Positions 29,950-39,269 of a DNA stretch of 64,000 nt are shown piece after piece (position 1 is the first letter of the stretch; each line of letters begins with the position of its first letter). Below the pieces are notes generated by a model. That model was not told the origin of the DNA and ran no database searches. It saw nothing but the letters and a program-made list of their open reading frames with translations. Origin of the DNA: an uncultured delta proteobacterium (GTDB lineage Bacteria; Desulfobacterota; Binatia; Binatales; Binataceae); the NCBI GenBank assembly GCA_963710455.1, contig CAVQAG010000013.1, forward strand, positions 149,290-213,289, written 5' to 3'. The position numbers and the translations under genes were made by a program.

Positions 29950-32155
29950 CGTAGCGCAGCGCGTCGATCGGATTGAGCAGCGAGGCCTGGCGCGCCGGAT
30001 AGTAGCCGAAGAAGACTCCGACCGCGGCCGAGAACAGGAAGCCGCCGACGATCGCCGTGGGCGAGAGCAGCGTTGGCCATCCGGCGATCGACGAGATTGC
30101 CTGCGATGCCCCGATGCCGGCCAGTATCCCACAGGCGCCGCCGACCATCCCGAGCAGGATCGCCTCGACCAGGAACTGGAGCAGGATGTGCACGCGCCGT
30201 GCGCCGATCGCCATCCGGATGCCAATCTCGCGCGTGCGCTCGGTGACCGAGACCAGCAGGATGTTCATGATCCCGATGCCGCCGACCAGCAGTGAGATCG
30301 AGGCCACGGTGGCAAGCAGGAGGGCCATGATCCGGCTGCTCCCCTCAGCCGCCTGTGCCACCTCGCTGAGATTGCGCACGTCGAAATCGTTATCCTGGCC
30401 GGGCTGGATGTGATGGCGGTTGTGCAGCGTCTCGATTATCTGATCCATCGCCTGCGGGATGAGCTCCTGGCTCTTCGCCTGGACGAATATATTGTGTACC
30501 ACGCCGGCCAGTTTGGGCGCGCTGCCGAAGGGACTGGTCTGGGTCGAGTCGGAACTGTAGATCGTACCCGCGGTCGGTACTGCGGCGTAGGGATTCGAAG
30601 GGCTCGGCGTCGGCGCGGTCGCGGGAGTGGTCGCGGGCGGCGCCGCGACGCCCAGGACCTTGCGCTCTGCGGTGCTGAACGGAATCAGCACTACGTCGTC
30701 CTGGTCCTGGCCCCATCCTGACTGGCCCTTGGCCGCGAGCACGCCGATCACCTGCATGTCGACGCTTTTCACCCTGATATTGGCGCCGACCGGATCGGTG
30801 TGCTCGCCGAACAGGTTCGCGACCACGGTTTGCCCGAGTAGGCACACGCGTGCGGCCGAACGTTCGTCCTCTTCCGAGAGCGCGCGCCCCTCGGCCACCG
30901 TCCAGTTGCGAATCGGCAGGTAGCTCGGGGTCACACCCTGTACATTGGTGCTCCAGTTCTGTCGGTTGTATTCGACCTGTGCGAGTTGGCGATCAAGATA
31001 GCTAACGCGCTGGACCGGCCAGTCGTCTTTGATAATTGCATCGGCGTCGCCCACGGTCAGCGTGGAGACGCTGCCAAACCCGGCGCGCACGCCGTTGGCC
31101 GTGGTGGCACCGGGCATCACGACCAACAAATTGGTGCCGAGGCTGGCGATCTGCTCCTCGACGGCTTCATTGGCGCCTTGCCCGACCGCGACCATCGCGA
31201 TCAGCGCGGCGACGCCGATGAAGATTCCAAGCATCGTGAGGATCGAGCGCAGCTTGTTACGGGCAAGCGCACGCGCCGCCGCGCGGAGCGCCATCATCGC
31301 GAACGTCAGCGGCGCCGTGTCGGATTCCGAGAACCCGTGCATCGTCTGCTGCGGCGTCCGCGCCGCCGCGAAGGTGGAGGGTTGCGGCTGCGCGCCCGGT
31401 CCGGATATCGCCGCGGATGCGGGCGGTAGTGAATCTCCCGCCGCCGCGCCCGGGATCGCCTGGCGCGGCGTCTGCCGCTGGTCGGAAATGATCAGGCCGT
31501 CGCGCAGCGTCACGACTCGAGCCGCAAACGCGGCAAGCTCGGCGTCGTGGGTCACCAGCACGATCGTCAGTCCCTGCCCGCGGTTCAGCTTCTGCAGCGT
31601 GGCCATGATTTCGAGCGAGGTCTGCGAATCGAGGTTTCCGGTTGGCTCGTCAGCCATCAGGATCGCCGGGTTATTGATTAACGCGCGTGCGATCGCGACT
31701 CGCTGCTGCTGGCCGCCGGAGAGCTGATTGGGATGGCTGCGCTCGCGGCCCGCAAGTCCCAGCAGCGCAAGGACTTCGTAGGCGCGGATCGCACCCTTGG
31801 CCAGGTCGCCCGAGTAAAAGAGCGGCAGCTCGACGTTCTCTAGCGCGCTGGTGCGCGAGAGCAGATTGAAGCTTTGGAAGACGAAGCCGATACGCCGGCT
31901 GCGGATGCGCGCCAGGTCGGGCTCGCTGAGCGAGGCGACGTCGACCCCTTCGAGCAGGTAGCGGCCGGCGGTCGGCCGGTCCAGGCATCCGACGATGTTC
32001 ATCAGGGTGGACTTGCCCGAGCCGGAGGCGCCCATGATTGCGATGAATTCGCCGCGCTCGATGGTCAGGCTGACGCCGCGAAGCGCCCGCACCTCGAGGT
32101 CGCCGAGCTGATAGGTCTTGTGGAGATCGGAAACGCTTATGACGACGTCTGCCAT
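29945..32155 (-). CDS. macB: MacB-type ABC transporter, fused ATPase and FtsX-like permease
   Basis: 736 aa. Walker [24 protein letters not shown], periplasmic domain between TM1 and TM2, and C-terminal FtsX helices ending PIDALRYE. Contains Pro/Ala/Thr-rich insertions. Confidence 0.9.
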   Translation of the reverse strand: MADVVISVSDLHKTYQLGDLEVRALRGVSLTIERGEFIAIMGASGSGKSTLMNIVGCLDRPTAGRYLLEGVDVASLSEPDLARIRSRRIGFVFQSFNLLSRTSALENVELPLFYSGDLAKGAIRAYEVLALLGLAGRERSHPNQLSGGQQQRVAIARALINNPAILMADEPTGNLDSQTSLEIMATLQKLNRGQGLTIVLVTHDAELAAFAARVVTLRDGLIISDQRQTPRQAIPGAAAGDSLPPASAAISGPGAQPQPSTFAAARTPQQTMHGFSESDTAPLTFAMMALRAAARALARNKLRSILTMLGIFIGVAALIAMVAVGQGANEAVEEQIASLGTNLLVVMPGATTANGVRAGFGSVSTLTVGDADAIIKDDWPVQRVSYLDRQLAQVEYNRQNWSTNVQGVTPSYLPIRNWTVAEGRALSEEDERSAARVCLLGQTVVANLFGEHTDPVGANIRVKSVDMQVIGVLAAKGQSGWGQDQDDVVLIPFSTAERKVLGVAAPPATTPATAPTPSPSNPYAAVPTAGTIYSSDSTQTSPFGSAPKLAGVVHNIFVQAKSQELIPQAMDQIIETLHNRHHIQPGQDNDFDVRNLSEVAQAAEGSSRIMALLLATVASISLLVGGIGIMNILLVSVTERTREIGIRMAIGARRVHILLQFLVEAILLGMVGGACGILAGIGASQAISSIAGWPTLLSPTAIVGGFLFSAAVGVFFGYYPARQASLLNPIDALRYE

Positions 32156-32188
32156 GAGTGCCGCGCGCGCGATCGGTGCAGGTTCAAA

Positions 32189-33388
32189 TCAGAAATGGCG
32201 CAGTCCGCCCATCCCCGGCTGTGCCAGATGCGGCCGTTTGCCGGTGGCCGTCTGAGCAACTTCGTCGATCACGACCTGGTCACCAGGCTTCAAGCCCCCG
32301 CTCAGTATCTCGACCGAGGTGCCGTCGTCGACGCCTCTGACCACCTGAATCTGGCGGAGCGACTTGCCCTCGAGCACCCAGAGGCTGGCGGTATGGTCGC
32401 CGTGCCGATGCGCCGGATTGTCGCCTTTGCCGGCGCCGTTGGGCGAGAAGCGCAGCGCCTGCAGCGGCACCTTCAGCACATCTTCATGCTCGGCCGTGAT
32501 GATCCTGGCGTTCGCGGTCATCCCGGGCTTTAGCAGCAATTCAGGGTTGGACACGCTCAGCACAACGTCATAGGTGACAACGTTCTGCACGGTGATGGGC
32601 GCTTGGCGTACTTGGGTGACCTCACCGGGGAAGGGATGATGCGGAAAGGCGTCGACCGTGAACTCCGCCGGCTGGCCGAGGCGCACTGGGCCGACGTCGG
32701 ACTCACTGACGCTCGCGTCGACCTGCATCCGCGTGAGGTCCTGCGCGATCAGGAACAGGGTGGGGGTCTGAAAGCTGGCGGCCACAGTCTGACCGACGTC
32801 GACGTTGCGCAGGACCACGGTGCCGTCGACCGGTGAGATGATATCTGTGAAACCGAGGTTGACCTCGGCCGCGTGGAGTGCCGCCTGCTGCTGCTGGATG
32901 TTGGCGCGGTCGAGCTCGACTTGGGCTGCCGCTTGATCGGCGGTACTTTGCGCGCTGTCGACGGTGTCCTGTGAGACGACATTTTCTTTCAACAGCGACT
33001 GGTTGCGCGTGTATTCGAGGCGGTCGTATTTAAGGCTCGCCTGGTCTTTTTTCAACTGCGCTCGGGCGTTGGCCAGATTGGCCCGCGCCTGTTCGACCGT
33101 GACCTGGTAGGGCCGCGGATCGATCTTGGCGCAGATTTGGCCCTTTTTGACCTCGGTGTTGAAGTCGCAATAGAGCTTGACGATCGGTCCGGAGACGTAA
33201 GTGCCCACCTGGACGGTGACCACTGGATTGACCGTGCCGGTCGCGGTGACGGCCCTGATCAGGGAACCGCGCTCGGCTGGAGCCGTGACGTATTTGGCCG
33301 GAATGGGTGCATGCTTCACCCACAGGAAGGCCGCGGCAACGCCGAAAGCCGCCACCAGCCAACCCCATCGCCAAGCGAACTTGATCAA
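32189..33388 (-). CDS. macA: MacA/HlyD-family periplasmic adaptor
   Basis: Lipoyl, hairpin and beta-barrel pattern (TGTVNPVVTVQVGTYVSGPI...DRANIQQQQAALHAAEVNLGFTDIISPVDGTV). TTG 33388 with GGGGGA upstream is preferred over the ORF-track start at 33466. Confidence 0.85.
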   Translation of the reverse strand: MIKFAWRWGWLVAAFGVAAAFLWVKHAPIPAKYVTAPAERGSLIRAVTATGTVNPVVTVQVGTYVSGPIVKLYCDFNTEVKKGQICAKIDPRPYQVTVEQARANLANARAQLKKDQASLKYDRLEYTRNQSLLKENVVSQDTVDSAQSTADQAAAQVELDRANIQQQQAALHAAEVNLGFTDIISPVDGTVVLRNVDVGQTVAASFQTPTLFLIAQDLTRMQVDASVSESDVGPVRLGQPAEFTVDAFPHHPFPGEVTQVRQAPITVQNVVTYDVVLSVSNPELLLKPGMTANARIITAEHEDVLKVPLQALRFSPNGAGKGDNPAHRHGDHTASLWVLEGKSLRQIQVVRGVDDGTSVEILSGGLKPGDQVVIDEVAQTATGKRPHLAQPGMGGLRHF

Positions 33389-33544
33389 TGGATATCCCCC
33401 GACTCTGGTTCTTGCGGGATGCTTACATCCGAGGGTCAGTCTACGCCGCGCGCGATGACAACGCACCGCGCTGATAGCCTGCTTTTGACACCGGCTTCAA
33501 CGCGGCGCGAAGGACCCAGGGTCGCAGTTTTCGATTCTCGTGTA

Positions 33545-34036
33545 CTACTCCGTCGGCGTAGTGGCAGCGTCGGGGCCCTCACTGGCGCTGGAGCCGAAAG
33601 CCTGCTGGAACATCGCGTGCTTTTGCTGCTCCAGTTGCTGCATCTGGCCGAGCATCGCAGTCGCCTTGCTAGCATTGGGAGCGCCCTTGAACAGGCCTTC
33701 CCATACCTTGTACTTCTCGGTCGTCAGGGCCTGCTGCGCGCTGGCGAAGGCCGCAATCTGGCTGTCGCAACTTCCGCTGCCGGAAACCAGGCAGGATACC
33801 AGGGCCTGATGGGTGCTCTTGACGCTCTCGAAGTCGGGCTTCAGGGCCGTATCCCCCTTGAACGCCGTATGCATCTGGGAATGGTCAACGCCGGCCACTT
33901 TTGCGAGGATAAAAAGTTTTCCATCACCGCGTCCGCCATGACCATGCCATCCCTGCGCCAGTGCCAGCCCGCATGTCGCTGCCAGGACCGCGCCAGTCGC
34001 CGCCGCCACCCACGAAGCTTTCCGCTTTCCAACCAT
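33545..34036 (-). CDS. secreted His-rich helical protein, possibly Spy/CpxP/ZraP-like
   Basis: Signal peptide ending LALAQG, followed by WHGHGGRG, which is reminiscent of the ZraP N-terminus. Gln-rich helices. Directly upstream of macA. Family assignment is tentative. Confidence 0.4.
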   Translation of the reverse strand: MVGKRKASWVAAATGAVLAATCGLALAQGWHGHGGRGDGKLFILAKVAGVDHSQMHTAFKGDTALKPDFESVKSTHQALVSCLVSGSGSCDSQIAAFASAQQALTTEKYKVWEGLFKGAPNASKATAMLGQMQQLEQQKHAMFQQAFGSSASEGPDAATTPTE

Positions 34037-34201
34037 ATACCTTTACCTCGTTGTTAAGTGCCCTGTTTTGGGCTCGGTTCTATAGACGAATCTCCGCGCC
34101 CAGGGTTACAAGTCCGCTGCGCCGAAATGAGCCAAAAGGGGTCTCGCGGGGGAGATCGAACCAAACTTTACGGTATTTTCGCGAACCACTTCAGGATACG
34201 C

Positions 34202-35356
34202 CTATGGGATCGTAACCGCGGTGCCGGTCTTGCGCGCGACATAGCCGCTGAGCAGCCGTAACACCGACGGCGTGACCTCACTAATCGCACCGGGTCGAAA
34301 GCCGACGCTCTGTGGTCCGCGCATCCGCATCATTCCGAGCATCGAGAGCCGTAGCGCCCCTGCGAGGCCCTGGTAGTAACGCAGGCGCCGCAGTTCCATC
34401 GGGGCGATCGCATGATAGAGCGACAGATAAAGTGCGTTGAACGTGCGGCGCAGGTTGTTGCCCGCGAGGTTGTCGCGCATCCAACGCGGATGTTCCATCG
34501 CGCTGGTCGACATGATCACCGCCGTGGTGGCGGCGTCGAAATGGCGATCGCCGATCGCCGCGTTCGCCCAGTCGATAATTCCGGTGACGCGTAATCCTTT
34601 AACCAGGACGTTTTGCGGATGATAGTCGAGGTGGAGAAACGAGGGTGGGGCGTGGTCGAACTCCGCCGCGCGAGCGCGCAAACGCGTGAGCGCCTCGGCC
34701 AGTCCCGGCAGGGGACCTTGCTCGACGCGCGCGGCCACCGTTTCGAGCGTGCGTTCGAGCAGGCGCGTGGCTGCGCCGTCCTGGCCCTGATCGTGGGTGG
34801 ATTTTGGCGAACCGTTTTGCGGAGCACCTGTCATATTGGCGCGGCCCTCGCGGTTCGCCGCGGCCGGAACTCCGAGCGTCTCGACGGTGGACGGGGCGAG
34901 CGCCATCCGATGCAGCTTCGCTTGCGCGCGCACGAATCCAACGAAGCCCATAGAGAAGGTCTTGAAAGCCTGCGGAAAAGAGCGAACGGCAAATAACGGC
35001 CCGCCACCCAGGCGTTCCATCACCAGAAATGGCGCACCGATCGCCGCGCCGCCCGGTTCGAACAGGTACGGCCGCGGTACGGGATAGCCTGCGCTGACCA
35101 GGTGACTCAGGGTGCGATACTCCAACGCGCCCTTGTCGGCGGATTCGACGCCAGGATAAAAGCGCAGCACCAGCGGGACGCCCACCCGGAGTTCCGGCAA
35201 AAGCGCGCTCCGGGCGCTCAAGTCGAACTCGTACAGCGTTGTCTCCCATCCACTCGCTAGGATACGCAGATGTTCGACACCGGCGCCCAGGTATCGCGAG
35301 AGCGCGGCGGCAAGCGACTGGGCTTCGGCGAGGAGTTGAGATGAGATTTCCGGCAC
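34202..35356 (-). CDS. APH/choline-kinase-fold phosphotransferase
   Basis: Brenner-like HLDYHPQNVLV and IDWANAAIGDRHFD motifs. GTG start. Confidence 0.8.
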   Translation of the reverse strand: MPEISSQLLAEAQSLAAALSRYLGAGVEHLRILASGWETTLYEFDLSARSALLPELRVGVPLVLRFYPGVESADKGALEYRTLSHLVSAGYPVPRPYLFEPGGAAIGAPFLVMERLGGGPLFAVRSFPQAFKTFSMGFVGFVRAQAKLHRMALAPSTVETLGVPAAANREGRANMTGAPQNGSPKSTHDQGQDGAATRLLERTLETVAARVEQGPLPGLAEALTRLRARAAEFDHAPPSFLHLDYHPQNVLVKGLRVTGIIDWANAAIGDRHFDAATTAVIMSTSAMEHPRWMRDNLAGNNLRRTFNALYLSLYHAIAPMELRRLRYYQGLAGALRLSMLGMMRMRGPQSVGFRPGAISEVTPSVLRLLSGYVARKTGTAVTIP

Positions 35357-35547
35357 GGCGAGGCGAGCCTAGTATGCGGATCGCCCATTACGCAATTGGC
35401 GGCCGAGCGGAATTGGCGACTGGAGAGTCATTTGTAACAAAGCGCGGAGATCGGAAAATCAGGGCAGCGATCTGAGAAAAAAGACTTAAAAATCGCCCCT
35501 CCAACCGACCACCACTTCCACTGTCAGGGGCACACCACTTGCTTGGC

Positions 35548-37101
35548 ATGTCTCCCTTTGTGGATTTTACCAGCTTTCCTGTCAGTGGCCGGTCCGCGAA
35601 GCTTTCAGCGTATATCTTCTTGCTCGGAATCCTTCTATTAGCTGGATGTGGTAGCGGAGGCGGTGGGGGCGGCTCCGGAACGCCGACACCAAGCCCCACT
35701 GCGACCGGATTGGCGCGCGTCAATCACATCGTCGTGATGATGCAGGAAAATCATTCCTTCGATAATTACCTGGGAGCGCTGCCCTACGCGCCGGGATCGC
35801 CATACCATCCGGGTCCCTGCTCCTCTAGCGATCACACCTGCGTCAACGGTTTGAGCTGCACCGCGGGTACGGGGGGAATGCTCACCTGTACCAACTCAAA
35901 TCCCGAGAACGATGGTGCCCCGCCGGTGATGGCGTTTCACGATCCTCGCCTCTGCATCGCGCCCGATCTAGATCATAGCTGGGTTGGAACTCATAACGAG
36001 ATCAACTTTAACGATCCCAACAACAGTCTTAATGGGACCAACGATGGCTTCGTCGAGCAAAATGATTTGACCGAACAAATCGATAGCGGCGAAACATCCA
36101 CTGACGACGATACGATGGGCTTTTATACGCAGGCGGACCTGCCGTATTACTATGGCCTGGCTACGACCTTCGCAGTTGACGACAGTTACTACTCGTCGGT
36201 TCCCGCTCACACGGTGCCCAACCGGTTATACGAGTTCGCAGCTACCTCATTCGGTCACTTGGTCACTAGCATCAACGAGATACCGCTTCCGCCTAGCGGC
36301 GGCTTCCAACCGATCAATGGAACGATTTTTGATCTTCTGGATAAGAACGACGTAACCTGGGGCGAGTATGTGGACGTCAGTGGTGTAACCGAACTAGGCA
36401 TTCCCTATGGAGGCCTGGTACACAATCCGGTGCCGCCGCATTTTCAAACTCTCGACGATTTCATGTCCCAGGCATCCTCGGGCAATTTACCTTCGGTGTC
36501 GTTCGTGGATTTCAGCATACAGGACAGCGAACATCCCCCATACGACATCAGGGCCGGAGAGGCGTTGGTGGCGAGCGTAATCAACGCGGTTCGCAGCGGA
36601 CCGAACTGGAAGGACTCGATCGTCATCTGGACCTACGACGAGCATGGCGGCTTCTACGACCACGTCACCCCGCCCTCGGCGATCTCACCCGACGGCATTC
36701 CGCCAGGAAAATGCGCGGACCGCTCCAACCCTCCCACGTCCGAAATTCCCGGTAACGGTGCACAATGCTCGGACAGCGCGCAGGCGGAGCAGATGCTTTG
36801 CGCGGAGGTTTTGCCCGGCGAGGCCTGCATCAATAGCTTCGATCAATATGGCATCCGGGTGCCTTTTGTGGTTATCTCGCCATTCTCGCGACCGGCTTAC
36901 GTCTCTCATACGGTTGGCGATCACACTTCGATTCTGGCGCTTATCGAGAAACGATTCACGGCCAATGAGCATCTGACCGCGCGCGACGCGAACGCGAACG
37001 ATCTCGAAGATCTTTTCGATTTCACCAATGCGCCTTCGATGAACGCAAACGTGTCGCCAAGCCTCGCACCGGCCCCGCAACCGTCAGATCCGGGTTGCTG
37101 A
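35548..37101 (+). CDS. phosphoesterase-family lipoprotein (phospholipase C / AcpA acid phosphatase family)
   Basis: Lipobox LLLAGCGS followed by a Gly-rich linker. NHIVVMMQENHSFDNYLG and YDEHGGFYDHV are hallmark motifs of the PLC/AcpA phosphoesterase family. Confidence 0.85.
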   Translation: MSPFVDFTSFPVSGRSAKLSAYIFLLGILLLAGCGSGGGGGGSGTPTPSPTATGLARVNHIVVMMQENHSFDNYLGALPYAPGSPYHPGPCSSSDHTCVNGLSCTAGTGGMLTCTNSNPENDGAPPVMAFHDPRLCIAPDLDHSWVGTHNEINFNDPNNSLNGTNDGFVEQNDLTEQIDSGETSTDDDTMGFYTQADLPYYYGLATTFAVDDSYYSSVPAHTVPNRLYEFAATSFGHLVTSINEIPLPPSGGFQPINGTIFDLLDKNDVTWGEYVDVSGVTELGIPYGGLVHNPVPPHFQTLDDFMSQASSGNLPSVSFVDFSIQDSEHPPYDIRAGEALVASVINAVRSGPNWKDSIVIWTYDEHGGFYDHVTPPSAISPDGIPPGKCADRSNPPTSEIPGNGAQCSDSAQAEQMLCAEVLPGEACINSFDQYGIRVPFVVISPFSRPAYVSHTVGDHTSILALIEKRFTANEHLTARDANANDLEDLFDFTNAPSMNANVSPSLAPAPQPSDPGC

Positions 37102-37127
37102 CGGCCGCTCCCGTAGCCATTCACTGA

Positions 37128-38315
37128 CTACTGCGGTTGCGCGAAATTCGGCTGCGTAATGCCGGGCACCTTCCCCCCGGGCGGAAACACATGGAACGTC
37201 TGCGGACCGTTGTCCAGCGGCCGCATCCGTCGCATCGTCTCAGGGATTGTCCCATGCTGTCCGTATTCACGCTGCAACGTGGAAGTGAGCAGCGGCCCGC
37301 GCGTATCGGAGATATCGATCGTGACCTCGACCGAGAGGCCCATCCGCAACGGCTTATCGGACGGCTCCGGCTGGTCCAGCACGATCTTAACCGGTATGCG
37401 CTGCACGACTTTGACCCAGTTGCCGGTAGCGTTTTCCGGCGGCAGCAAGGCGAAAGCCGAGCCGGTACCGATGCTGATTGAGTCCACGTGGGCTCGATAG
37501 ATGTAGCCCGGATAGATATCGGCTTCGATATCGGCGGGCTGGCCGACGCGCACCTTGGTCAACTGGGTTTCCTTGTAGTTCGCGGTAATATAAAGCCCGC
37601 GGATCGGTACCAGTGCCATCAAGGGCTGACCGGCCTCGATTCGATGCCCGACGTGCACGTTTTTCCGGGTCACGATTCCGTCGAAGGGGGCTTTGATGTC
37701 GGTATAGCTCAGATAGAGCTTGGCGGCTTCCAGCGCGGCTTCGGCCTGCTGGACCACCGGCCGGTCATAGCGCGAATGATCCTCATTGGTCCCCAGGGCA
37801 GCTTCGGCCTGCATCAGTTGATGGTTCGCCAGTCCCTGAGTCGCGAGCGCGACGTGCAGCGCCGTGGTCGCCTGGTCATAGTACTCACTGGAGACCACGC
37901 CCTGCGCCTTGAGTTGCCGCGCCCGGTTGTAGTCGATTCGGGCCTGGCTCAGTTGCGATTCGGCGAGCGTAAGACCGGAGCGTGCGGCCTCGACTTGTGC
38001 GTAAAGCTGATCGACGGTCTGACGCGCGCGCTCAAGCTGAGCTTCGGCGGCGTTGACCTGCACCTGGTAGTCGCTGGGGTCGAGCTCGAGCAACGAGTCG
38101 CCGGCTCTGACCCGCCAATTGTCTTCCACGAAGACTTTGACCACCGTGCCGGTGATCCGAGACGAAATTAGCCCGACCGAACCGTCGACGTAGGCGTCGT
38201 CGGTGGAGACGTGGGAATTGAAATAGCGGTAGTACCTGATAGCCGGGAAAATGGAAGCGAGCAGCAGCACTACCACTATCAGCAGCAGAATCCGGCGAAG
38301 CCAGATAGAATTCAT
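37128..38315 (-). CDS. HlyD/EmrA-family membrane fusion protein (no cognate pump gene adjacent)
   Basis: N-terminal TM anchor, VSTDDAYVDG, a long coiled-coil hairpin, and SYTDIKAPFDGIVT. Confidence 0.85.
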   Translation of the reverse strand: MNSIWLRRILLLIVVVLLLASIFPAIRYYRYFNSHVSTDDAYVDGSVGLISSRITGTVVKVFVEDNWRVRAGDSLLELDPSDYQVQVNAAEAQLERARQTVDQLYAQVEAARSGLTLAESQLSQARIDYNRARQLKAQGVVSSEYYDQATTALHVALATQGLANHQLMQAEAALGTNEDHSRYDRPVVQQAEAALEAAKLYLSYTDIKAPFDGIVTRKNVHVGHRIEAGQPLMALVPIRGLYITANYKETQLTKVRVGQPADIEADIYPGYIYRAHVDSISIGTGSAFALLPPENATGNWVKVVQRIPVKIVLDQPEPSDKPLRMGLSVEVTIDISDTRGPLLTSTLQREYGQHGTIPETMRRMRPLDNGPQTFHVFPPGGKVPGITQPNFAQPQ

Positions 38316-38504
38316 TTTGCCGTCGCGGCTCGTCTCGAGGCGCTGTCTGAGCTAACGAGTCCGGTCCACGCGGTCACGAGTCCAACGCTCATAGTTAACC
38401 AACAGATCATGCTTGAAAGGCAGCACGCGGCAAATCTAGCCTGTCCGGCATTCGCCGTCCACTATGCACAGGCGTCGCCGACAGGGTCCGTTATCAGGCG
38501 TATG

Positions 38505-39269
38505 CTAGGGGAATTTGATTAGCAGGCGGGGGCCTCCGGCCTGCTCCACCACCGGCACACCGTTCAATTGAGCGTCCGCGAAGATTGTTCCGCCTTCGTC
38601 AACCGAGTTGATCACCGCGTCCACTCGGCCGTCGGAACGCTCGAACAGAAAAAGGGCTGGCGCACGCGCTTGGAATACGAAGCTTAAGCTCAAGTCCTCG
38701 ATCAGCCCATTGAGCAGCCCGCCAGACGGTCCTTTCATGAAGATCCGGATGTCCGGGTCGGCGCGCGGCGCGTTCCCGGCAAGTCCGCCAAAAGTCTGCA
38801 CGACGGTGGTCCCGAACGGATCATTGGTGGACGCCTCGGCGACCAGGGTTGCGCCGCTAATCAGTTCGGTGGTCATCAGGGCGGCATTGTTGCTGAGCTT
38901 GGTCACCGTCATCTGCTCGCCCGGAGAAGCGTTGACGATCACTACCATCTCGGGCACCACTCCCCGAAAAGTCCATGACTGCGAGCTATCCGTAACCAAC
39001 GCCTGAAAGGGCGTGCCCGGCGTGCCAAGCACCCACAATGCTTGCTCCGCCGGTGCTTGGGAGGTGTTGCCCGGCGCGGTCGGATTGGCCGTGCCGAAAG
39101 CGCCCCCACAGGAGGCGCACGCGAAGGCCAGGATCGCTAGCGCTCCGCATTGGACAGCGACCGATAGCCTTGTTTTGGGACTGCCTTTCATCTTCAGACT
39201 GCCTGTCGAATTGAAACTGCCTGTCGTGTCTGGATTGCCTGTCGCGGCTGACTGGGTGAGCGGGCTCAT
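38505..39269 (-). CDS. hypothetical lipoprotein
   Basis: Lipobox LAFACASCGG. Two candidate starts: ATG 39269 overlaps the upstream stop (ATGA), and ATG 39191 sits directly before the signal peptide. Confidence 0.55.
   Translation of the reverse strand: MSPLTQSAATGNPDTTGSFNSTGSLKMKGSPKTRLSVAVQCGALAILAFACASCGGAFGTANPTAPGNTSQAPAEQALWVLGTPGTPFQALVTDSSQSWTFRGVVPEMVVIVNASPGEQMTVTKLSNNAALMTTELISGATLVAEASTNDPFGTTVVQTFGGLAGNAPRADPDIRIFMKGPSGGLLNGLIEDLSLSFVFQARAPALFLFERSDGRVDAVINSVDEGGTIFADAQLNGVPVVEQAGGPRLLIKFP

Noticed and set aside
29237-30295. 352-aa plus-strand ORF spanning the LLM / macB junction
   Set aside because: It is an Arg-rich, low-complexity translation overlapping two well-supported genes in other frames or on the other strand, and it crosses the terminator hairpin. 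Other such ORFs (10261-11064, 10946-11881, 46654-47643, 62897-63907) were rejected for the same reason.
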